From positions 160,001 through 224,000 of the forward strand of contig CAVPVX010000007.1 in NCBI GenBank assembly GCA_963709345.1: DNA of 64,000 nt, written 5' to 3'. The position numbers were made by a program, and so were the translations under genes. Source of the DNA: an uncultured Actinomycetes bacterium (GTDB taxonomy: Bacteria; Actinomycetota; Thermoleophilia; UBA2241). This document shows positions 55,955 through 64,000 of the stretch, piece after piece (position 1 is the stretch's first letter; every line of letters starts with the position of its first letter). The notes beneath the pieces are model-generated. The model made no database searches. It saw nothing but the letters and a program-made list of their open reading frames with translations, and was not told the origin of the DNA.

Positions 55955-58501
55955 TCAGGAGACGAACTCGAACCCCCGCTCCTCCACGACCTCGACGCAC
56001 GCCGCAGTGACCTCGCCGTCGTAGCGCGATCCCGCGCCGTCCCGGACCTCGTCGAGCGCGGCCTTCATGCCCAATGCCGGCCGGTACGGCCGGTGTGACG
56101 ACATCGCCTCGACCACGTCGGCGACGCTGAGGATCCGGGCCTCCTGGAGGAGTTCCTCGCCCGAGAGGCCCCTCGGGTACCCGGAGCCGTCGAGCCGCTC
56201 GTGATGCTGCAGCACGATCTCCGCGACGGGTCGCCCGAAGTCGATCGACGCGAGGACGTCGTACCCCGCCTGCGGGTGTTGTTTGATCAGGTTGAACTCG
56301 ATCACACTGAGGCGGCCCGGCTTCGCGAGGATCTCGGCGGGCACCGAGATCTTGCCGACGTCGTGGATGAGCGCCGCGAGACGCAGCCCCTCGAGCACGT
56401 CGGCGCCCAGACCCATCTCGCGTCCGATCGCCGTAGCCAACTCAGAGACCCGCCGCTCGTGACCGGCGGTGTACGGATCGCGCGTCTCTACCACCTGGCT
56501 CATCGCGAGAACGGCGCCTTCGAGGGTGCGCCGCAGTTGCTCCGCCGTGCGGCGCACCTCTTCCTGGGCCTCCACCTGGTCGGTGACATCGACAGACAGG
56601 CCGCCGATCAGCGGCGCCGCGTTCCGACGGGGAACGGGAAAGTAGATACTGTGCAGGTACTGCTGCCGGCCCGATCGCGCCCAGGGCTGCACGACATCGA
56701 CGACCTCTCCGTCCCGTGCGCACCGAAGATGTTGATCCCCGTCCGCGATCTCGTCGCCGTCCCACAACTCCGACGGGGAGCGACCGAGCCACTCGCCGCG
56801 CGGCGCGCCGCCGTCCATCTCCTCCGGGCGGTTCACGAAGACGTACCTCAGGTCCTCGTCGTGCATGAAGAAGTAGCCGGGGAAGTGCTCGGCGAACTGC
56901 CCGAACCGTTCCTCGCTCTCCCGCACCGCGACCTCCGCCTTCTTGTGTTCGGTGATCTCGTCGAGGGCCACGGTCACGTGGCGGCTGCCGTTCATCGCGA
57001 GTGGCTCGGCGCCCATGCGCAGCCACACGGTCTCAGGACCACCGCCTCTCTCGAGCTCCAGCGACAACTCGACACCGTGCAGCGCGGTTTCGCCGTCGAG
57101 CACCGCCTCGAGGCCATCACGCAACGGGCAGAAGGGGCAGTCGGGCGCGTGACCACACCCGCGAAGGTCATCACCGCAGTGGACACAGCCCATGACATCG
57201 CCGCACGATACCGTGCTGTCGGCCTCGTGATCGAGCAGTTCGTCTACGTCGCTCCGCGCGAGGGCAAGGGCCGCCCGGTTCACGCGCACGACGTTCAGAT
57301 GCCGATCGAACACCAGCATCGCCACCGGTGAAGCTTCGAAGATCGCCGTGAGATTCGCCTGTTCCGCCCTGAGAGCATCATCGGCCCTCTTGCGCTCGGT
57401 GATGTCGGAGCACACGGCAAAGGCGCCGGAGTGCGCGCCCGAGGCATCGGTATCGGCCACCGAGTTCACGGCCAGCCAGACAGGGCTGCCGTCCTTGGCC
57501 CGGAAGCGAGCGTCGTAACGACCCGGCAGCAACCGCCTCCGCGCCTGCCGCTGCGCCTCATGAAGCGCGGCGTCGTCGTCGTCGGTGAAGTCGCAGTCCG
57601 GACGCCCCAGCATCTCCTCGACTTCGTAGCCGAGCATGCGCGCCATCTGTGAGTTGGCGAACACCACTCTGTCGGCGGCGTCGAACACCCAGATGCCGTC
57701 GGCAGCCATGTCGACGATGCGCCGGTAGAGGACGTCGCTCTCCAGGGCCTGCTCCTCGGCGATCACGTGACCGGTGACATCGCGTCCGTAGGCGATGACA
57801 AGGTCGGCGCCTTCGAGGTAGTTCATGGTGACGTCCATCACCAGGCGCTCCCCGATCGTGCGCGCGTGGTCGATCCTGATCTCACGGACCCCGTCGGCGG
57901 CGACGTGGGCCCAGCCTCTCGCCCAGTCGTCGGCGGTGGCCCAGTCGACGACCTCCCACAGCTTCGACCCCACAATCGCCTCACGCTCCACCTTGGCGAC
58001 CCGGCAGGCGACTTCGTTGACGTAGACGATGGTGCCGTCCTCGGCGATCGTCAGGATGGCCTGCGAGGCGTGGTCGACGGCGAAGAGAGCGAGACGCGCA
58101 GCCTCCGCGGAGTGGCGGTGCGCGCGCCGGAGCACCGCGGCGTCGATGGCGCGCCGCACCGCGGGCGCCAGGCGCGTGAGGTTGTCCTTGAGCACGTACT
58201 CCACGGCGCCCGCCGACATGGTCGCCACGGCGGTGTCCTCGTCGATGCTCCCCGAGACGGTGATGGCCGGCAGATCCGGCGCCAGCTCGGCTATCATGCG
58301 CAGCGCCTCGAGGCCGCTGTAGCCGGGGATGTTGTAGTCGACCAGGGCGATCTGCCAGGACTCGTCGGCGAGGGCTTCGCGCAGCGCATCTTCCGTCTGC
58401 ACGCGGTCCCACTGCGGTTCGAGGCCGGCCTCGCGCAGGCGGCGAAGCTGAAGCTCCACATCGTCCTGGCTATCTTCGACGAACAACATGCGCACACCCA
58501 C
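55955..58501 (-). CDS. REC + multi-PAS + HD-GYP phosphodiesterase
   Basis: LFVEDS..VDYNIPG REC, about 4 PAS, RDPYTAGHERRV, HDVGK, HHERLDGSGYP. Confidence 0.92.
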   Translation of the reverse strand: MGVRMLFVEDSQDDVELQLRRLREAGLEPQWDRVQTEDALREALADESWQIALVDYNIPGYSGLEALRMIAELAPDLPAITVSGSIDEDTAVATMSAGAVEYVLKDNLTRLAPAVRRAIDAAVLRRAHRHSAEAARLALFAVDHASQAILTIAEDGTIVYVNEVACRVAKVEREAIVGSKLWEVVDWATADDWARGWAHVAADGVREIRIDHARTIGERLVMDVTMNYLEGADLVIAYGRDVTGHVIAEEQALESDVLYRRIVDMAADGIWVFDAADRVVFANSQMARMLGYEVEEMLGRPDCDFTDDDDAALHEAQRQARRRLLPGRYDARFRAKDGSPVWLAVNSVADTDASGAHSGAFAVCSDITERKRADDALRAEQANLTAIFEASPVAMLVFDRHLNVVRVNRAALALARSDVDELLDHEADSTVSCGDVMGCVHCGDDLRGCGHAPDCPFCPLRDGLEAVLDGETALHGVELSLELERGGGPETVWLRMGAEPLAMNGSRHVTVALDEITEHKKAEVAVRESEERFGQFAEHFPGYFFMHDEDLRYVFVNRPEEMDGGAPRGEWLGRSPSELWDGDEIADGDQHLRCARDGEVVDVVQPWARSGRQQYLHSIYFPVPRRNAAPLIGGLSVDVTDQVEAQEEVRRTAEQLRRTLEGAVLAMSQVVETRDPYTAGHERRVSELATAIGREMGLGADVLEGLRLAALIHDVGKISVPAEILAKPGRLSVIEFNLIKQHPQAGYDVLASIDFGRPVAEIVLQHHERLDGSGYPRGLSGEELLQEARILSVADVVEAMSSHRPYRPALGMKAALDEVRDGAGSRYDGEVTAACVEVVEERGFEFVS

Positions 58502-58588
58502 GGAGGCCCCCTTCGGCAGCGCCGATCCCGAGCGAAGCATACCGTTCGAGCCCGGCGCCGTCGATGCCGAGAGGCGCCGCCGGCGACG

Positions 58589-59752
58589 TCAGTCCGGCGG
58601 GCCGACGCCGAGCAGGGCTTGAGCCTTCTCCATCCAGCCGGCAACGGCGATGCCCTGCGGGCAAGCGCTCTCGCATTCCCCGCAGGCGGTGCAGGAGTCG
58701 GCGCGCGCGCCCTCGTCGATCCAGCTGTAGTAGACCCGCTGGCGCGGCAGAGCGCCGTACATGTGAGCGTCGTTGTACAGCCGGAGGACCTCGGGGATGT
58801 CGACGCCCTGCGGGCAGGGCATGCAGTAGCGGCAGGCCGTGCAAGGTATCGGGCTGAGCTCGCGGTAGACGTCGCGCACCCGCGCGACCAGCTCGAGCTC
58901 GTCGGCGCCGAGAAGGCCCGGCCGCGAGCGCCCGGCAGCCTCGAGGTTCTCCTCGACGTGCTGCATGGTGGTCATGCCGCTGAGGACGAAGGACACCTCG
59001 GGCACGCTCCAGACCCACTGCAGCGCCCACTCGGCGGGGGACCGCCTGACGGCCGCCCCCTCCCACAGCTCCTCGACGCGCGGCGGCAGGTTGCGCGCCA
59101 GCATGCCGCCGCGGATCGGCTCCATGACGATGAGACCGAGGCCGCGGCCGGCCGCCAGCTCGAGGCCGCGGCGCCCCGCCTGCTCCTCCTCGTCCATATA
59201 GTTGAACTGGAGCTGGCAGAACTCCCAGAGGTCGGTGGCGGCGAGCACCTCCTCGAAGAGGTCGTAGGTGCCGTGGAAGCTGAAGCCGAGATGCGCGATC
59301 CTGCCGTCGGCGAGCGCCTTCTCCGTCGAGGCGAGCTGACCCTGCTCGAGCACGCACTTCCAGTGCGCGTCGTCGAGACTGTGGAGCAGGTAGAAGTCGA
59401 TGCACTCCTCGCCGAGACGCTCGAGCTGCTTCTCGAGGATCCGGTCGAAGTCGCCGGGCTCCTTGACGTCCCAGACGGGCATCTTGGTGGCTATCTTGAC
59501 GCGCTCGCGATAGCCGCCCTCGAGCGCGCCCCGGAGCCAGCCCTCACTGTGCTGCTCGTGATAGACCCAGGCGGTGTCCACGTAGTTGACGCCGCCGTCG
59601 ATCGCCCGGTGCAGCATCGCCGTGGCCTCGTCCACGTCGATCTGCGCGAAATCCGGCTTGCCGTCGTCGCCGGTGAGTACAGGCAGCCGCATCGCCCCGA
59701 AGCCCAGCGCAGAAGGCTTGAAGTCGAGCGTGCCGAAGTCGCGATACTGCAT
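58589..59752 (-). CDS. Aldo/keto reductase with C-terminal 4Fe-4S domain
   Basis: LGFGAMRLP, YVDTAWVYH, IATKMP, GFSFH, CTACRYCMPCP, CTACGECESACP. Confidence 0.93.
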   Translation of the reverse strand: MQYRDFGTLDFKPSALGFGAMRLPVLTGDDGKPDFAQIDVDEATAMLHRAIDGGVNYVDTAWVYHEQHSEGWLRGALEGGYRERVKIATKMPVWDVKEPGDFDRILEKQLERLGEECIDFYLLHSLDDAHWKCVLEQGQLASTEKALADGRIAHLGFSFHGTYDLFEEVLAATDLWEFCQLQFNYMDEEEQAGRRGLELAAGRGLGLIVMEPIRGGMLARNLPPRVEELWEGAAVRRSPAEWALQWVWSVPEVSFVLSGMTTMQHVEENLEAAGRSRPGLLGADELELVARVRDVYRELSPIPCTACRYCMPCPQGVDIPEVLRLYNDAHMYGALPRQRVYYSWIDEGARADSCTACGECESACPQGIAVAGWMEKAQALLGVGPPD

Positions 59753-59836
59753 CACGGCATCGTATCGCCCCGGCGCGTGGGGCGCGAGCGCGCCGGCCGC
59801 GATAGACTCTGCGCCAGTCGTCCGAGGAGCCGCCCC

Positions 59837-60760
59837 ATGCCGCACATCGCCCAGCATCCCGAGATCCTCATCCAGGCACGTCGAGGCGGGACGGTCGAGA
59901 GCCTCCACCGCGCCGTCGCGGCGCTCGCGGGCCCCGACGGCGCGATCGTGGAGCGCTGGGGCGACCCGGGCATGGTCACCTTCTGGCGCTCCTCGGCGAA
60001 GCCGCTGCAGGCGCAGGCGTGGCTCGCAGACGGCACCGTGAGTCACTTCGGCTGGAGCGCCGAGGAGCTCGCCATCATGAGCGCCTCCCACGACGGCCTG
60101 CCCGTCCAGGCGGACCTGGTCAAGCGCATGCTCGCCGACCTCGGCCTCGGGGAGGAGGACCTGCGCTGCGACGCGAAGCTCAAGTCGCGCCACAACTGCT
60201 CCGGCAACCACACCGGCTTCCTCGCCGCCAGCGTGCGCCACGGCTGGGACATCCCCACGTACCAGCAGCCCGGACACCCCGCACAGGTCGCGGCGCTCGA
60301 GGCCTTCGCCGCGCTCGTGGGCCAGGACGCGAAGCAGATCGCCACAGGCGTCGACGGCTGCGGCATCGTCTGCTACGCCACGCCGGTCACCGTCGCCGCC
60401 TCCACATTCGCGCTCCTGCCCGAACTCCTGCCCGAGATCAGCGCAGCCATGCGCGCCCATCCCCTGCTGGTGGAGGGCCCGGAGTGGCTGGACACGATTC
60501 TCATGGAGGACATCCCCGGCTCCACCAGCAAGAGCGGCGCCGAAGGCCTCGGCTGCATCTCACTGCCGGACGGTCGCGGCTTCTGCGTCAAGGTCGTCGA
60601 CGGCGCCGACCGTGCCATGGAGCCGGCCGCCGTGGCCGTGCTCGAAGCGGTCCTCGGCGCCGGTGCGGTGCCCGAACGCGTCCGCGCGCTGGGCCGGCCG
60701 CCGATCAAGAACGACGTCGGCGACGTGGTCGGCGAATTGCTCGCGGTCGCTCCCGGCTGA
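59837..60760 (+). CDS. Class 3 (Asparaginase_II, ReAV-like) asparaginase homolog
   Basis: RGGTVESLH, RSSAKPLQ, ASH, HNCSG.H, DGCG, KSGAEG, KVVDG; GAGGAG RBS. Confidence 0.88.
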   Translation: MPHIAQHPEILIQARRGGTVESLHRAVAALAGPDGAIVERWGDPGMVTFWRSSAKPLQAQAWLADGTVSHFGWSAEELAIMSASHDGLPVQADLVKRMLADLGLGEEDLRCDAKLKSRHNCSGNHTGFLAASVRHGWDIPTYQQPGHPAQVAALEAFAALVGQDAKQIATGVDGCGIVCYATPVTVAASTFALLPELLPEISAAMRAHPLLVEGPEWLDTILMEDIPGSTSKSGAEGLGCISLPDGRGFCVKVVDGADRAMEPAAVAVLEAVLGAGAVPERVRALGRPPIKNDVGDVVGELLAVAPG

Positions 60761-60857
60761 CGCTTCCGGCTGCACGCAGAACAGACCGGCGCCGGCCGGC
60801 GCCCGCGTCTCCGGACTCGCATGCCGGCAGGGCGAGCCCTCACAGGGCCGCGGACGC

Positions 60858-60897
60858 GCGAGGGGACGGGGCGCCCGCGGGCGCCCCGTCCCCTCGC
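60858..60897. terminator. Perfect 40-bp palindrome between convergent genes (likely bidirectional terminator)
   Basis: GCGAGGGGACGGGGCGCCCG|CGGGCGCCCCGTCCCCTCGC. Confidence 0.65.
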
Positions 60898-60951
60898 CGC
60901 ATCGGCTGAGCCCGCCGCGGCGGCCCCCGCTCGGCCTCTTTGAGCCGGCAA

Positions 60952-62790
60952 TCAGCCTTCTTCGGCCCTCGGCTTGCGCCGCAACAGAAGGAGGATGACG
61001 GCGACCACGACGACCACTGCGACCACGATCACGATGATCAGCGTCGTACTTGAGCCGCCGGAGCTCTCCGTCGCGGCGACCTTGGGCCCGACGTTGTAGT
61101 AGTTGCTCACGTTATCGCTGATGTAGGCGATCGCGCCGCTGCCCTCCGGGATGCGCCGCCAGCCGTCCCACCTCTCCGTGTTCCACGCCTGCAGCGTCTT
61201 CGGATATGTGAGGTTGATGTACGGCGACTCCTCGTAGAAGAGCTCCTGCATCCGGTACGTGATCTCCTTGCGCTTCTGCGGGTCGAGCTCCTGCGACTGC
61301 TGCTGCCAGAGGTCGTCGTACTCCTTGCTGGACCAGCAGGCGTCGTTCTGGTTCTCGATCTGCTCCGTGCGGAAGTAGCCCAGGCGACGGCCGGGATCCG
61401 AGCCGCTGGGCTGCCACTGCCAGATGTAGATGTCGTAGTCGGGCTTGTAGGTGTCGCCCGCGTAGTTGTAGCCACCGTCGATGAGCGTGCCGTTGTCCTC
61501 GACGGAGTACTCTATGTCGAGGCCGAGATCCTCCCACCAGCCGGTTATGAGCTTGCCCATGACCTGGCTCTGCGGCGACTCGACGCGTGACCAGAGCCGC
61601 AGCTTGATGTTCTTGCCGCCGTTCTTGGGATCATTGAGTATGCCGTCGCCGTCGGTGTCCGTGTAGCCGGCGTCGGCGAGGAGCTCGCCGGCCTTCGCCG
61701 GGTCGAACGTGTACTCGACGTCCGCCGGCGGCTGCCAATGCCAGTCGAGCTCCGGGTCGTAGAAGTCGACCTCGAAGATCGAGGTCGCCGGATCCGCGTA
61801 CCCCTGGTACGCGAGGTCGGCCATCTTCTGCTTGTCGATGCCCCAGTTGAGCGCCTGGCGGAACTTGACGTCCTTCAGCACCGGATTGCCCAGTGACGGA
61901 CCCTCGTAGCAGTTGAACGACAGGTAGTCGAAGGCCTTCTGCGAGCACGCTTCGGCCTCGATTCCCGATTCGCCCTGCAACGCTGCGACCTGGGCCGGCG
62001 GGATGTTGATCGCCAGGTCGATGGTGCCCAGCTTGAGGTCCTGAGCCAGGGTGTCCTGGTTCTTGTAGACCTGGAAGATGAGCTCGTCGACCTTGGGCGT
62101 CCCGCCCCAGTACTCCTTGTTGGCGACGCAGCGGACGAACTTGCCCTTCTGCCACTCGACGACCTGGAACGGCCCCGAGCCGACGATCGGCGGCCGGTTC
62201 AGGTACTTGTTGATCTGTTCGTAGCTTGTGAACTTGCCCCAGACGTGCTCGGGGATGATCGGCGCCCACATGGCGAGGACGTCCGCCTTGGGCCGGTCGC
62301 ACTCGATGACCAGCGTGGTGTCGTCCGGAGCGGTGGCCTGCTTGATGCCGTCGAGCGCCGAGAGAAACGCGCCGAGCTCGTACTCCTTCTGGAAGTTGTA
62401 GGTGAAGGCGATGTCGCTCGCGGTCAGCGGCTCGCCGTCCGACCACTTGACGCCCTCGCGGATCTTGAACGTCCAGGTGAGACCGTCTTCGCTCGTGGTC
62501 CAGCTCTCGGCGAGGCCGGGCTCGGTCTGCAGGTAGTCGTCGCCGTAGTTGGTGAGGAAGTCGTAGCTCACGTGGTAGAGCTCGTAAGACGACTGCTCGA
62601 TACCGACGAACGGGTTGAGGTTGTCCGGGTCGGTCGTCCACCCGACCTTGAGCGTGACCGGCCCGCCGCCGGGCGAGGCGCTCGGGTCGGAGGCGGCCGC
62701 GGCGGCGAGCCCCCAGACGAGCCCGGCGGCGAGCACCGCCACGACGGAGAGCAAGAGCACTCTCGACATGAACCGTGAACGCGCAGCCAT
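60952..62790 (-). CDS. ABC peptide/nickel substrate-binding protein (family 5) with C-terminal TM anchor
   Basis: PGLAESW..DGLTWTFKIREGVKWSDGEPLTASD, VGSGPF; C-terminal LIIVIVVAVVVVVAVILLLLRRK; AAGGAAGG RBS. Confidence 0.92.
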   Translation of the reverse strand: MAARSRFMSRVLLLSVVAVLAAGLVWGLAAAAASDPSASPGGGPVTLKVGWTTDPDNLNPFVGIEQSSYELYHVSYDFLTNYGDDYLQTEPGLAESWTTSEDGLTWTFKIREGVKWSDGEPLTASDIAFTYNFQKEYELGAFLSALDGIKQATAPDDTTLVIECDRPKADVLAMWAPIIPEHVWGKFTSYEQINKYLNRPPIVGSGPFQVVEWQKGKFVRCVANKEYWGGTPKVDELIFQVYKNQDTLAQDLKLGTIDLAINIPPAQVAALQGESGIEAEACSQKAFDYLSFNCYEGPSLGNPVLKDVKFRQALNWGIDKQKMADLAYQGYADPATSIFEVDFYDPELDWHWQPPADVEYTFDPAKAGELLADAGYTDTDGDGILNDPKNGGKNIKLRLWSRVESPQSQVMGKLITGWWEDLGLDIEYSVEDNGTLIDGGYNYAGDTYKPDYDIYIWQWQPSGSDPGRRLGYFRTEQIENQNDACWSSKEYDDLWQQQSQELDPQKRKEITYRMQELFYEESPYINLTYPKTLQAWNTERWDGWRRIPEGSGAIAYISDNVSNYYNVGPKVAATESSGGSSTTLIIVIVVAVVVVVAVILLLLRRKPRAEEG

Positions 62791-63044
62791 GAGACCTTCC
62801 TTTCTGCGCACGACCGATGAGCCGACCACCCCGCTCCCGGGAGAGTCGCGCGGCGCCCCCCGGCCCCGCGATGGAAGAGTATGCACTCCCGCGGTCGCGG
62901 CGCAAGGGGCCGCATCGCCACGCCGGGCAGACTCCCTGAGTGATGACACGGTTACGGCCGCACCTGACGCGGATAGACTCCGGCAACAAGGGAGCGCACG
63001 GGTGTCTACTTGCGCCGGTCGGCAGCGTCATCCCGGGAGGTGGC

Positions 63045-63698
63045 ATGACAATCGAAGAGCGCGCGCGAGATTTCGCCGTCGCGCTTGTCGCTATGGACCG
63101 CGTGCAAGCTGAGGAAGCGCTCCGCGCAGCCGCGGAGGAATCTGACGCCCCGACCGTCACCGAAGATGTCGTCACGCCCGCTCTCGAGAGGATCGGCGGT
63201 GACTGGGAACAAGGGGTGATCTCTCTCGCCCAGCTGTACATGGCCGGCCGGATCGCCGAACAGGTGGTGAGCGAGAAGCTGCCCTCCATGGCGACGCGCA
63301 AGGGCGAACGCCCTCAGCTGGCGATCGCCGTCCTCGAGGACCACCACACTCTCGGCAAGAGACTCGTACTCTCGGCTCTGCGCGCTTCGGGGCACGCCGT
63401 CGCCGACTACGGTCACGGCGTGCCCGTCGAACGCCTGGTACAACGATGCGACGCCGACAAGCCACGCGTGCTCCTCATCTCGACATTGATGCTTCCGGCG
63501 GCCCTCCGCGTGCGCGACGTCGTCCGTCAACTGGCGCTGCCCGGATCGCCGCCGGCCGTGGTCGTCGGCGGCGCCCCCTTCCGTCTCGATCCCGACCTGT
63601 GGCGAGAGGTCGGCGCCGACGCCGCCGGCCGTAATTCGACAGAGGCCGTTCGATTGGTCGACCATTTCCTGGGAGGTACGCGATGCCGGCGGAGATGA
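63045..63698 (+). CDS. Corrinoid (B12-binding) protein, MtbC/MtaC-like
   Basis: PALERIGGDWEQG cap domain, EDHHTLGK (DxHxxG), ISTLM, VGGAP; GGAGG RBS. Confidence 0.92.
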   Translation: MTIEERARDFAVALVAMDRVQAEEALRAAAEESDAPTVTEDVVTPALERIGGDWEQGVISLAQLYMAGRIAEQVVSEKLPSMATRKGERPQLAIAVLEDHHTLGKRLVLSALRASGHAVADYGHGVPVERLVQRCDADKPRVLLISTLMLPAALRVRDVVRQLALPGSPPAVVVGGAPFRLDPDLWREVGADAAGRNSTEAVRLVDHFLGGTRCRRR

Positions 63699-64000
63699 CG
63701 TCCCTCGAGCGCGTCCTCACCACACTCGGTCACCGCGAGCCCGACCGCGTGCCCCTCTTCCTCCTCGTCACGATGCACGGCGCGAAGGAACTGGGCATGG
63801 GTCTGCAAGAGTACTTCTCGAAGGGAGAGAACGTCGCCGAAGGTCAGCTGCGCCTTCGCGAGAAGTACGGGCACGACTGCCTTTACGGCATCCTCTACGC
63901 CCCGCTCGAAGTCGAGGCTTGGGGCGGCGAGGTGATCTTCCGCGAAGACGGACCTACGAATTCCGGTGAACCGTTGATCCTCGACGTCGAGCAGATCCGC
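63683..64000 (+). CDS. URO-D-family methylcobamide methyltransferase (MtaA/MtbA-like), truncated by window edge
   Basis: Manual translation MPAEMTSLERVLTTLGHREPDRVPLFLLVTMHGAKELG..EVEAWGGEV; GGAGG RBS; overlaps the corrinoid gene. Confidence 0.85.
   Translation, partial: MPAEMTSLERVLTTLGHREPDRVPLFLLVTMHGAKELGMGLQEYFSKGENVAEGQLRLREKYGHDCLYGILYAPLEVEAWGGEVIFREDGPTNSGEPLILDVEQIR

Noticed and set aside
62791-63044. Possible cobalamin or other riboswitch between the SBP and corrinoid genes
   Set aside because: No B12-box or GGGAA..GGTGnAAnTCC core recognisable by eye; an Infernal/Rfam search would be decisive

Overview
High-GC chromosomal segment, probably from an Actinomycetota. An anaerobic Thermoleophilia-like lineage is inferred from the gene set, a Gram-positive LexA box and many leaderless promoters. 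The left part is core housekeeping: uvrB, slt, coaE, rpsA, polA and tRNA-Leu(GAG). It is interleaved with signalling genes: a large PAS/GAF histidine kinase with a response regulator, REC-HD-GYP proteins and a STAS-RsbW fusion. The middle holds RND and MFS transporters, a ferritin-like protein with a basic tail, two tandem BldC-HTH-GAF regulators and a DEDD-DinG helicase. It also holds an 11-gene Orange-protein(ORP)-like Fe-S/metallocofactor cluster (DUF5320, ferredoxin, two MinD-4Fe4S ATPases, Mrp, radical SAM, two NifB/NifX, a hypothetical, DUF134, CoADR-rhodanese). Both promoters of that cluster overlap the same 16-bp palindrome. The right part has a MUG-DUF2779/sbcDC repair locus, an MNT-HEPN toxin-antitoxin pair, a class 3 asparaginase, an ABC substrate-binding protein and a corrinoid protein plus URO-D-family methyltransferase cut by the window edge. 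Three single-base frameshifts are probably sequencing errors. No CRISPR array, transposase, integrase or rRNA was seen. All family assignments come from motif recognition, not database searches.
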